64,000 nt of DNA, taken from contig OZ176056.1 of the NCBI GenBank assembly GCA_964247055.1, forward strand, positions 1,550,001 to 1,614,000, given 5' to 3'. The first letter of the stretch is position 1, and every line of letters starts with the position of its first letter. A model generated the notes under the pieces. It did not search any database and was not told the origin of the DNA. It saw only the letters and a list, made by a program, of their open reading frames with translations. This stretch comes from Paragordius varius (taxonomy: Eukaryota; Animalia; Nematomorpha). A program made the position numbers and the translations under genes. Shown in pieces: positions 1 to 13,100 of this stretch.

Positions 1-1085
1 TTTTTACTTAATAACTTATGGTGTTATAAAAACTCATTCAATAGCGTCTTTAGGATACTTTTTAAATTTTGCAAATTAAAATGATTGACAAAATAGACTA
101 TTTTCCGCTAAGTAGGATATAACCACTAGTGTATTTGTATGCCCGTAGTTTTTAAATTGTAAATAATTAATTTACAATCTTTAAATTTCATTTTGTAATA
201 ACTTTTATAGTTTATTATGAGTAAAAAAATGAAGACATTAATAGGTTAAAATATAATATAAATCGGAATTTTTTTTATAAAAATTTCAAAATTTTATGAT
301 GGAAATATTTTTGCGACAAATGATCGGTCATAAGGTAAATTACATTTTTTTATTAATTTGTTTTCATATATTTGCAGGGCAACCTAACTGTTTGTCCACC
401 GTGAAAATTTACAAGATATTTCATATTATCCCAAATTAATCGAAATATGTTTATGATTTTTAAACATAATTTATATAATAATGGGTTTATTACATGATTC
501 TTTGGATAGGTGTTGGGAAAAATAATTTGTATCTTTCATTTATGGTTCAATAAATCAATATAGATTGGGGGTATAAAATATTAATTTTAGCTATATATTA
601 TAAAGATGGGGTGTCCAACATACAAATGGCTTCGCGGGTCGCATTTATGATTCATAAAACTGACAGGGGCAGTATTCGAAATTTATATATGGACATTCAT
701 AAGGAATTTTTTAGATTTACCAAACATAAAACCAGAAAATGCAGATATAGTAATTTTTTTTTAATTCTTGCCTATTAGATAGAGTTATTTATAAAAATTG
801 AGGAAATATTAATTTTATTAAGATTTTATGAGAATATTTTTTTAATCTATGGATACCGAATTTTTCGCGGGTCCCACCCAAAGTTACAAGACTATTTGTG
901 TTGACTACCCCTGTTTTAGAGTGTAATTTGCGCTAAAGGTTTAATCTGTAACTTTGGCCTTTTATTTACATGTATAACAGTTAAGATTTCTACAGTATAA
1001 AATTTGGATAGCGTCTAAATCCGAATGGAACAAACAGCTGATTTAAAATAAATATGCAAATATTTACCATAATTAATCATTTATA
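1..1085. repeat. Dispersed repeat, second copy at ~24666-25725
   Basis: Position 1 (tttttacttaataacttatg) aligns to 24666 and stays colinear to ~1085/25725. The 24.1-24.6 kb flank also resembles ~19.7-20.25 kb. Confidence 0.9.
606..913. mobile_element. hAT-like MITE (second copy 25248-25558)
   Basis: Left end (AT)GGGGTGTCCAACA; right end reverse-complements to CAGGGGTAGTCAACAC (CAGGGGTGGCCAACAC in the second copy). Subterminal CGCGGGTC motifs. Flanks TTATAAAG/TTTTAGAG look like a degenerate 8-bp TSD. Confidence 0.6.
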
Positions 1086-1086
1086 T

Positions 1087-4000
1087 TAAACAAAGTCCAC
1101 AAAAATAATTTTTTTAACCTATTTTTCGCTGAGACCGTAAAAATTCAATAAGAATTCTAACTATCCCCGTTAAAAGGCAAAAATTTTAGTCAAGTATTTC
1201 TTTTATGATAGCTGCTGGGTAAGGAGGTACCCGTTAAAAATTGATCCGTCATGTGGCTTTGAGATTTGGTACCGGAAAACAGGCCCAGTCAAATCCAAAT
1301 ATCGAAAAAATATAATGATTAATTGCCCCGCGCCCTTTTTTAAAATAGACCCCCAGTTTGGGCCACCCCGGTGAAAAATTGTTTTTTTTAAAAAACAAAA
1401 TCCCCACAAAAATGGTGTCTTTAAGACAATTTTCCGGAGGTGTTGGACCATTCAATTTCAAATATCATTTTTGAAGGTTATTTTTGATTGCGTCGAACAT
1501 AGTCGTCTCGCTTTTTTGATTTAGGGCCTCTTTTTATCCGCTCCCCCCGTAAAATGCGATTTTTTCAAAAAACAAAGTCCACAAAAATAATTTTTTGAAT
1601 CTATTTTTCGTCAAAGGTATGAGACCGTAAAAATTCAATGAGGGTTCTACTTATTCCTGGTTAAAATGCAAAAATTTTAGTCAAGCATTTCTATGATGAT
1701 AGCCGCTGGAAAAGGCGCTACCCGTTAAAAACTGATCCGCCGTGTGGCGTGATCTGGTACTGGAAAACCGGTAGACCCATTCAAATCCAAATATCGTAGA
1801 AATATGATCATTAATGAATGCCCCGACAATAGCTTGGCCCTTTTTTTTAACAGGCCCCCAGTTCGGGCCCATCCCTATGAAAAATGGTATTTTATTGAAA
1901 AGAGAATCCCTAAAAAAATCCTGTCTTTGAGACAATTTTACGGAGAATGTGTGTGACCATTCAATTTTAAATATGATTTTTGTTTAGTTATTTTCGATTG
2001 GGACGAACATAGTGTCCCTCTTTTATGATTTAGGCCATCTTTTTATCCGCGCTCAACGTAAAATGCCATTTTTTTTAAAAAACAAAGTCCACAAAAATAA
2101 TTTTTTAAATCTATTTTTCGCCAAAAGTATGAGATCGTAAAAATTCAATGCGGATTCTACGTATTCCCTGTTAAAAGGCAAAAATTTGAGTTAAACATTT
2201 TGATGATAGCTGCTAGGTAAGGAGCTACCCGTTAAAAACTGATCCGTAATGTGGCTTTGTGATCTGGTACCGAAAAATCGGTAGACCCATTTAAATCCAA
2301 ATATCGAAGAAATATAATAAATAATGAATGCCTTGACAATAGCTTTGCCCTTTTTTTGAAATAGACCCCCAGGTCGGGCCCATCCCGTGTGAATTTTTTT
2401 TTGAAAACAAAATCCCCACAAAAATGGTGTCGTTGAGACAATTTTCCGGAGGTGTTGGACTATATTTTAAATATGATTTTTGTTTAGTTATTTTCTATTG
2501 GGCCGAACATAGTCGTCTCGCTTTTTTATTTAGGGCCTCTTTTTACTCGCTCCCCCCGTAAAATGCCATTTTTTTCAAAAAACAAAGTCCACAAAAATAA
2601 TTTTTTGAATCTATTTTTCGCCAAAGGTAGGAGACCGTAAAAATTTAATGAGGATTCTACGTATTCCCTGTTAAAAGGTAAAAATTTGAGTCAAACATTT
2701 TTATGATAGCTGCTCTGTAAGGAGCGGCGCGTTACAAACTGAGATGTCATGTATCTTTGTGATCTGGTACCGGAAAATCGGTAGACCCATTAAAATCCAA
2801 ATATCGAAGAAATATAATCATTAATGAATGCCTTGACAATAGCTTCGCCCTTTTTTTGAAATAGACCCCCAGGTCGGGCCCATCCCGTGTGAATTTTTTT
2901 TGAAAACAAAATCCCCACAAAAATGGTGTCTTTGAGACAATTTTCCGGAGGTGTTGGACTATATTTTAAATATGATTTTTGTTTAGTTATTTTCTATTGG
3001 GCCGAACATAGTCGACTCGCTTTTTTATTTAGGGCCTCTTTTTACTCGCTCCCCCCGTAAAATGCCATTTTTTTCAAAAAACAAAGTCCACAAAAATAAT
3101 TTTTTGAATCTATTTTTCGCCAAAGGTATGAGACCGTAAAAATTTAATGAGGATTCTACGTATTCCCTGTTAAAAGGTAAAAATTTGAGTCAAACATTTT
3201 TATGATAGCTGCTCTGTAAGGAGCGGCGCGTTAAAAAGTGAGATGTCATGTGGCTTTGTGATCTGGTACCGGAAAATCGGTAGACCCATTAAAATCCAAA
3301 TATCGAAGAAATATAATCATTAATGAATGCCTTGACAATAGCTTCGCCCTTTTTTTGAAATAGACCCCCAGGTCGGGCCCATCCCGTGTGAATTTTTTTT
3401 GAAAACAAAATCCCCACAAAAATGGTGTCTTTGAGACAATTTTCCAGAGGTGTTGGACTATATTTTAAATATGATTTTTGTTTAGTTATTTTCTATTGGG
3501 CCGAACATAGTCGTCTCGCTTTTTTATTTAGGGCCTCTTTTTACTCGCTCCCCCCGTAAAATGCCATTTTTTTCAAAAAACAAAGTCCACAAAAATAATT
3601 TTTTGAATCTATTTTTCGCCAAAGGTATGAGACCGTAAAAATTCAATGCGGATTCTACGTATTCCCTGTTAAAAGGCAAAAATTTGAGTCAAACATTTTG
3701 ATGATAGCTGCTAGGTGAGGAGCTACCCCTTAAAAACTGATCCGTAAAGTGGTTTTGTCATCTGGTACCGAAAAATCGGTTGACCCATTCAAATCCAAAT
3801 ATCGAAGAAATATAATCATTAATGAATGCCTTGACAATAGCTTCGGCCTTTTTTTGAAATAAACCCCCAGTTCGGGCCCATCCCGTGTGAATTTTTTTTG
3901 AAACCCCACAAAAATGGTGTCTTTGAGACAATTTTCCGGAGGTGTTGGACTATTGAATTTCAAATATAACTTTTGTTTGGTTATTTTCGATTCCGCAAAA

Positions 4001-6630
4001 CATAGTCACCCCGCTTTTTTGATTTAGGCCATCTTTTTATCCGCACCCCCCGTAAAATGCCATTTTTTAAAAAAACAAGTCCACAAAAATAATTTTTTGA
4101 ATCTATTTTTCGCTAAAGGTATGAGATCGTAAAAATTCAATGAGGATTCTACGTATTTCCTGTTAAAAGGAAAAATTTTAGTCAACCATTTCTTTGATGA
4201 TAGCTGCTGGGTAAAAAGCTCCCCGTTAAAAACTGATCCGTCATGTGGCTTTGTGATCTGGTACAAGAAAACCGGTAGACCCATTCAAATCCAAATATCG
4301 TAGAAATATGATCATTAATGAATGCCCCGACAATAGCTTGGCCCTTTTTTTAACAGGCCCCCAGTTCGGGCCCATCCCGTGTGAAAAATGGTATTTTATT
4401 GAAAAGAGAATCCCTACAAAAATCCTGTCTTTGAGACAATTTACCGGAGAATGTGTGTGAGCATTCAATTTTAAATATGATTTTTGTTTAGTTATTTCGA
4501 TTGCGCCGAACATAGTCGTCTCGCTTTTTTGATTTATTGCCTCTTTTTACCCACTTCCCCCATAAAATGCCATTTTTTTAAAAAAACAATGTCCACTAAA
4601 ATATTTTTTGAATCTATTTTTCGCCAAAGGTATGAGACCGTAAAAATTCAATGCGGATTCTACGTATTCCCTGTTAAAAGGCAAAAATTTGAGTCAAATA
4701 TTTTGATGATAGCTGCTAGTTAAGGAGCTACCCGTTAAAAACTGATCCGTAATGTGGCTTTGTCATCTGGTACCGAAAAATCGGTAGACCCATTTGAATC
4801 CAAATATCGAAGAAATATAATCATTAATGAATGCCCTGACAATAGCTTCGCCCTTTTTTTGAAATAGACCCCCAGTTCGGGCCCATCCTGTGTGATTTTT
4901 TTTTTGAAAACAAAATCCCCACAAAAATCCTGTCTTTGAGACAATTTTCCGGAGGTGTTGGACTATTCAATTTTAAATATGATTTTTGTTTAGTTATTTT
5001 CGATTGGGCCGAACATAGTCGTCTCTCTTTTTTGATTTAGGGCCTCTTTTTACTCGCTCCCCCCGTAAAATGCCATTTTTTTCAAAAAACAATGTCCACT
5101 AAAATATTTTTTGAATCTATTTTTCGCCAAAGGTATGAGACCGTAAAAATTCAATGCGGATTCTACGTATTCCCTGTTAAAAGGCAAAAATTAGAGTCAA
5201 ATATTTTGATGATAGCTGCTAGGTAAGGAGCTACCCGTTAAAAACTGATCCGTAATGTGGCTTTGAGATCTGGCACCGGAAAACCGGTAGACCCATTCAA
5301 TTCCAAATATCGAAGAAATATACTCATTAATGGCCCCGCGTCCTATTTTTGAAATAGGCCCCCAGTTCGGGCCCATCCCGTGTGAAAAATGGAATTTTTT
5401 GAAAACAGAATCCTTATAAAAATCCTGTCTTTGAGACAATTTTCCGGAGATTGTGTGTGACCATTCAATTTTAAATATGATTTTTGTTTAGTTATTTTCT
5501 ATTGCGCCGAACATAGTCGTCTCGCCTTTTTGATTTAGTGCCTCTTTTTACCCGCTCCCCTCGTAAAATGCCATTTTTTTCAAAAAACAAAGTCCACAAA
5601 AATAATTTTTTAGATCTATTTTTCCGCAAAGGTATGAGATCGTAAAAATTCAATGAGGATTTATTCCCTGTTAAAAGGCAAAAATATTACACAAGCATTT
5701 CTTTGATGATAGCTGCTGGGTAAGGAGCGGCGCGTTAACAACTGATCTGTAATGTGGCTTTGAGATCTGGTACCGAAAAATCGGTAGACCCATTTGAATC
5801 CAAATATCGAAGAAATATAATCATTAATGAATGCCCCGACAATAGCTTGGCCCTTTTTAAATCAGGCCCCCAGTTCGGGCCCATCCCGTGAAATTTTTTT
5901 TTGAAAACAAAATACCCACAAAAATGGTGTCTTTGAGACAATTTTCCGGAGGTGTTGGACTATTCAATTTCAAATATCATTTTTGTTTGGTTATATTCGA
6001 TTGCGCCGAACATAGTCGTCTCGCTTTTTTAATTTAGGCCCTCTTTAACCCGCTCCCCCCATAAAATGCCATTTTCTTCAAAAAAACAAGTCCACAAAAA
6101 TAATTTTTTGAATCTATTTTTCGCCAAAGGTATGAGACCGTAAAAATTCAATGCGGATTCTACGTATTTCCTGTTAAAAGGCAAAAATTTTGGTCAAACA
6201 TTTCTTTGATATGATAGCTACTGGGGAAAGAGCCACCCGTTAAAAACTGATCCATCATGTGGCTTTGTGATCTGGTACCGGAAAACCAGTTGACCCATTC
6301 AAATCCAAATATCGAAGAAATATAATCATTAATGGCCCCTCGCCCTTTTTTGAAATAGGCCCTCAGTTCGGGCCACCCCGTGTGAAAAATTGTTTTTTAA
6401 AAAAAAACAGAATCCCCACAAAAATGGTGTCTTTAAGACAATTTTCCGGAGAACGTGTTGGACCATTCAATTTCAAATATGATTGTTGTTTAGTTAATTT
6501 CGTTTGCGCCAGACATAGTCGTGTCGCTTTTTTTATTTAGGACCACTTTTTACCCGCTCCCCCCGTAAAATGCCATTTTTTAAAAAAAACAGTCTACAAA
6601 ACTAAATTTTTAAATCTATTTTTCACCCAA
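1087..6630. repeat. Tandem satellite array, ~11 monomers of ~480-515 bp
   Basis: The anchor GTCCACAAAAATAATTTTTT, or a variant, recurs near 1095, 1575, 2085, 2585, 3085, 3585, 4080, 4590, 5095, 5590, 6090 and 6590. The short ORFs in this interval are repeat-derived and inconsistent between monomers. Confidence 0.95.
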
Positions 6631-6805
6631 GTAAACAATATGTTCGTATAAATGCACCGTTTTAATCCTGTGAGATCATAGCTATTAAAAAATGTTACGA
6701 AATAATACATCTATCTGGATCATTTTATTGTCCCTTTTTTTAAATGGCCCCCCAGAAGTCCGAAGGACTTCCTTGGACTGCGTAGCAGCTCAAAATTTAC
6801 GCTAG
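6630..6805 (+). mobile_element. Helitron-type 3' terminus closing the satellite array
   Basis: Hairpins GAAGTCC-GAA-GGACTTC (6755-6771) and CTGC-GTA-GCAG (6778-6788), then CTAG (6802-6805) followed by T. The same terminus occurs inverted at 28222 and 33498. Confidence 0.7.
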
Positions 6806-7119
6806 TCATTTATATATATATATATATAATAACAATTGTAAAATATATGATTGATTGTTTTATCAATTTACATACCAACAATTTTATACTTTGTAGTTTT
6901 AAAAAACAAATTATATTTAAAAAAAACCAAGATTTAAAAAGTATGGTTGTCTTTTCGAAGAAAAGATTTTCTTTATATTTTTTTGTCCGTATAATTTAAA
7001 TTTTTACTGTATAATAATTTCAAAGACATGATTTTCGAAAAACTATATTATAAAACCCATTTTAAAGGGTAGAATCAAAAAAATGGCTATACTAAACTTC
7101 GCCTATTAATAAATATATA

Positions 7120-10100
7120 ATTGAGTTTAAATGGGTCCACTACATTTTGAAATAAAGGTTAACTCAAGCAACATTTTACATCTCCATTATAATATCTTTT
7201 ACTAATTTGATAACCGATGAACCAATTTATAAAATTCAATTTTGTTGTTCATCGAAGATAGGATTTTTAATACCAATTTCAAGTTGCTCCCTTCTGAATT
7301 TTTTTAAGCCTACATGGCACTAAGTACGATCTCAAATTTGCATTGCAAAGGCATCTGATCGAATATTTATTCTTAGGTTGGATCCAATTTAATGTTTAAC
7401 CTACCGACTGTCTATGAGTCCATATTTCCAAAATTGTCAAAATAATATGGGAATACGTTTTAATTCTATTATAAATAAAATAATTCAAATTGGTACCTAA
7501 AATAGTATACAACAATATTAACAACGGCAATAAATAATAAAGTCATTAATTATATAATTTATTTCAATCCCCATTTTCTATCATATCAAGCTTAAGAGTT
7601 ATAATTAGTTTGGTATATTATCGAATACAGACCTTTTCGACCTAGCCCTTCGAAAAACAAATTTTTTTAGTTTGTACTGTAAAAACAAATCGTATATTTG
7701 AATGGTATTTAGTTTCCATTGTGATATTTACTAAAACGAAATAAATCCATACGTGGCTACAGACATGTAAATAATATCCTCTCCTTTTACCATGTAAATA
7801 GTTTATATTTGATTGTTATGGAAATTCCCAAAACAGTATAGCAGTAAACATTTGAGTACATTCGATAAATAAGTTTGAAGAAATTAACAGTATACCAGTT
7901 AGTAAGAAAACATATTATTTTAACACGTAAGCAAAGGTACAAAGGTTGCTAATATATAATACTGGCTTTTTAAGTTTAATCAACTAACAATTTTTTTAGA
8001 TAATTTAAAATATTTTTATATTTATTTATTTTTATTATTTTTCTGTTCAAACCACATCACGATTCCAATAAAAATGGTTAAGAACATTTACAAAGCCGGG
8101 CTTGAGGTAAAACTTAATTATTTTAATATAATTTAAGCAGGACTGCCTAACATAAGTGGCTTAATATTTTTGTAGTTTCCATAAAAATTAGCTATATTTA
8201 TATTTTTTACTTAGATTTAGTTATTTTTGCATGAAAATATGTATTTATTCAGTACTTTTTAAAATAATTGGTGGGTTAACGTAATATTTCGGAGGCCTGT
8301 TAAAGATTTAAAGGTTATTATAAAATATAAAGAATGTTGTCAAATGATCTACAAATTTTTAAAAGATTGACATAAAAAGACCCATTTTTATACCATTTCC
8401 GCTGCTTGCATTTTATTGCTATCAAAAGTGTCAAAAATCATTTTTTTATAATATAAGACAATAAAAGTTAATGGTATTTATTTATCACATTACTTCCTTG
8501 CTTAATTTTCATCCTGCGATTTTAATATATATACATATATAAATATATATATATATATATATGTAAGTATTGTTGGAACTGATTAACCATTTACGATTTA
8601 ATTCACCTTAAAAATAAATTATGTATTCATCATTAATGTGAAATATATCTTATTAGCATAGTTTATTATTTTTCAGTATTATTTTAATTTTAAAAAATAA
8701 TTTATATTTAACTTAGACTAAGCTCGGCCAATTTATAAATATATAATAAATATAGAATTTGTAATATAATGGCCCTACTTTTTCAAATAAAAATCAATTC
8801 AAAGCAACATTGTACATCTCCATTATGATAACGTTTACTAATTTTATATCCCATAACTCAATCTTTAAAACGGGATTATTTTTATGATTTGTTGTTTAAC
8901 TTTGGTTTTTTGATATCAATTTCAAGTTGCTCTTTTTTATATTTTTTTAAGCCCATATGACACTAAAATGCGTGCGATCTTGACAAATTTGTAGTTAAAA
9001 GGCATCTGATCGAATATTTATCCTTGAGTTGGGTCCGGTTTTAGTGTAAAACCGACCGACTGTTTACCATAATTCCAAAATTGTCTAAATTATATTGGAA
9101 ATACGTTTTAATTCTATTATAAATAAAATTAATTTAAATTGGTACCTAAAATAGTGTCCAACAATATTAACAACGGCAATAAATTATAAATTCATTAATT
9201 ATATAATTTATTTCAATCCCCATTTTCTATCATATCAAGCTTAAGAGTTATAATTAGTTTGGTATATTATCGAATTCAGGCCTTTTCGACCAAGCCCTTT
9301 GAAAAACAAATTTTTTTAGTTCTTACTGTAAAAACAAATCGTATATTCGAATGGTATTTAGTTTACATTGTGATATTTACTAAAACGAAATAAATCCATA
9401 CGTGGCTACAGACAAGTAAATTATATCCTCTCCTTTTAGCCAATAAAAAAACTGATATGGCCAATAGTAGAGTTCGTTAGTGTAAAAAGTACGTATTTGT
9501 TTTTAGATTGTTATGGAAATTCCCAAAACTGTATAGTAGTAAACATTTAAGTACATTCGATCGATAAGTTTGAAGAAATTAACATTATATCAGTTAGTAA
9601 GAAAACATATTATTTTAACACGTAAGCAAAGGCACAAAGGTTGCTAATACAGAATACTGGCTTTTGTTTAATCAACTAACAATTTTTAGACAATTTAATA
9701 TATTTTTATATTAATTATTTTTATTATCTTTTTTTCAATCCACATCACAATTCCAATAAAAATGGTTAAGAACATTTACAAAGCCGTGCTTGAGGTAAAA
9801 CTTAATTATTTTAATATAATTTAAGCAGGACTGACACAAGTGGCTTAATATTTTTGTAGTTTCAAGAAAAAATTTGCAATATTTATTATACGATGCGATA
9901 ATTTATAATTTTTCTTAGATAGATATTTTTGCATGAAATTATGTATTTATTCAGTACTTTTTGAAAGTAATATTTCGGTGTTAAAGATTTAAATGTTATT
10001 ATAAAATATAAAGAATGTTGTCAAATGATCTACAAATTCTTAAAAGTTTGACATAAAAAGACCTATTTTTACATCATTTCCGCGGATTGCAATATTAAAT

Positions 10101-13100
10101 TATTATTTAATTAAATATACATACAGCCATTTTAAAGCTAAAGATAAATTGTTACACACTGTTAATAAAGAAAAAAAAATTTACTACATTAATTTCTTCA
10201 TATAATTGCTTTATTTAAAATATCAAAAATCAAATTTTTATATAAGACACTAATAGTTACCACTTTTTTATTCTCCATCCTGCGATTTTAATATATATAT
10301 ATTTTTAAAATTAGCTAAATTAATAATATGCATGGGACATTTTATGCGTATTATTAATAATTTGAAAATATCGCCATAAAAAATTCTAAATTTCGTTATT
10401 ATGGCTAATAAGCAGTAAATATACTATGTACATATAAATTTAATTGTCCTAAAAAGTGCATGCAATTATGATTTTATTATATATTTTATTTCAAACAGTA
10501 TAAGCCAAACCCGAAACTCTAAAACTTTTAAATTATGATCCAATATGATAAAGAATATAGGAAATAAATATTTATATAACAAAAATTAACCGGGACGATC
10601 ACCTCGTATTCTTGTAAATCATATGAGAAATTCGTAGTTTTATCTTAAAACAACCAATTAAAAGTAATCATAACAAAAACATTTCTTAATAATTTTTTTG
10701 TTAGTTAGGTCTGTTTACGAATGTTGTTTTTTTACATTGTTTAATTAGTTCATCTAAGTAAACCATTTTATTTAACACTTGGATACAACACACTCATTTC
10801 CTTCGATTCTAATTGGGGTAGTTGGATACCCCAGGCCTGTTCAGAATCAAATATTTTAAAAAGTATGGAAAGAATCATAACCATGGCGAAATATTGCATA
10901 ATATAACATAAATAAACCGAAATATTTAAAAAAATTTATTCAAAAATACTTGATATTATTTATTATAAGCTAAAACCGAAAGGTAAAAATTTGGTCAACG
11001 TGACATGTGTGAAATAGTAAATCGCTTTTTCTATTTCTATCAATGTTAGTTATTCAAATAAAAAAGCTTTAATTTTTCTTAAAATTAAATGAAGACGATA
11101 TTTTGCAAAAAATGTTAAAATAAAAATGGTGTCGATGTAGTTTGACATGGAACTTTTTTTTCTAAACAAAATTTTATTAAGATGTTTTGGCATATTTATA
11201 TAATTTTATTAGGATAGAAGCATAAATTTAAATTGGGATGGTTTCCTCCAGTAGTTTTTTATAAGTATTAATTTTAATTTAGCCTGGGGTATTTAGATAC
11301 CCCAATGAATCGAAGTGTTAAAATAAAGTTTGCGATAAAATAAAATCTTTCTGTGCGTTTTATATTGTTTCCATCATACTTTATTAATGTATCATAAAAT
11401 ACGTTTTTACAAATAAAATATATAATTTTATGATAAAGCATTATTTTAAGCTCATATCGCACGATCTCGTCGCTTTATTTTGTAAACACTTTATACCGAG
11501 GTTCAAAAGTTTAAAATTATACATAAATTTACTTTCCAAATATAGGTTTTAATTATATATTAACAAGTTTTACAAATTATATTGCGTTCAGTCTTAGGGT
11601 CATCTTAACAGTATTGAGCCAAGTATTTATTGTAATAGAGCGGTGTAAGAATAGAATTAAGGGAATGTTCGAGATCCAATCATTGGGATATGTTTAGCTT
11701 ATTACACTTGTAACCTGATTTTAGTCGTTTATCTCAATTACATATCTCTAAACAAATGAATTATAACATAAGGTAGGTCGATTTCAAAATTTTCCATATG
11801 GACATGTGATTCAAAAAAGTGAAAAAACTTTCTAAAATGTATTGTAAGCACCAAAATTAAAAGCAGATGAGAATCCTACGTATTTTCACCAGAAAATAAG
11901 TTACTATAATCTTATTACCCGATAATGTGCAATGGTTTGGAAGAAAATTAAGTAAAAGTTGCATTAAAATCAAACGTGCTCTATCTATAAATAGAGTACG
12001 CATTTTAAAATTATATATTTTATTAAAAGGACTATGCTTATTGTAACACTTATTTATTAAAGGTTAATAATGCAAAAAGTGTGATTAAAATCACTGTTCC
12101 AGTAGCAACAAAAAATCGCATGGTTTTTTAATATTATTTCAAGTTATCCCCTTGTCTATTTTTTTAAAACCACATGACACTAAAATGCGTGCCATCTTGA
12201 CAAATTTGTATTCAAAAGGCATGTGATCGAATATGTTATTCTTGGGTTGAGTCCAGTTTTAGTGTTAAACCGACCGACTGTCTCTATGAATCCATAATTC
12301 CATAATTATAGCCTAAATTTTACTGAAATTATGGGTAACACAATATAAAAACAAAATTTATCATTAAATTGGCACCTAATATTTAATATACTGTTACTAT
12401 ATGAACAAAAAAACTTGATATTTAAATTTAATGATTATATGATTTATTTCGAACAATGTTCCATCATATCGAGCTTAAGAGGTATGATTGGTTTAGATTA
12501 TTAGCGATTACAGGCCTTTTTGACCTAGCCTTCGAAAAACAAATTTTTTAGTTTTTACTGTAAAAACAAATCGTATCTTTGAATGATATTTAGTTTACAT
12601 TGTGATATTTAGTAAAAAGAAATAAATCCATACGTGGCTACAGACAGTAAATTATAGCCTCTCCTTTTAACCATGTAAATAGTTTATATTTGATTGTTAT
12701 GGAAATTCCCAAAACTGTATAGTAGTAAACATTTGAGTACATTCGATCGATAAGTTTGAAGAAATTAACATTATATCAGTTAGTAAGAAAACATATTATT
12801 TTAACACGTAAGCAAAGGTACAAAGGTTGCTAATACAAAATACTAGCTTTTTTAACCAACTAACAATTTGTAGATAATTTAATATATTTTATATTATTTA
12901 TTTTTATTATCTTTTTTTTCAAACCACATCACAATTCCAATAAAAATGGTTAAAAACATTCACAAAGCCGGGCTTAAGGTAAAACTTAAACATTTCGATA
13001 TAATTTAAGCAGGACTGCCTAACACAAGTGGCTTAATATTTTTGTAGTTTCAATAAGAAAAAATTAGCAATATTTATTATACGCTGCGATATGTATATTT

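Noticed and set aside
1203-5941. Many 68-90-aa ORFs with similar sequences
   Set aside because: They are chance frames within satellite monomers; starts, stops and frames vary with homopolymer lengths.
1087-6630. CRISPR-like or tandem-gene (5S, tRNA, spliced-leader) interpretation of the array
   Set aside because: Whole ~500-bp units repeat with no unique spacers, the context is eukaryotic, and I could not recognise 5S, tRNA or Sm-site motifs.
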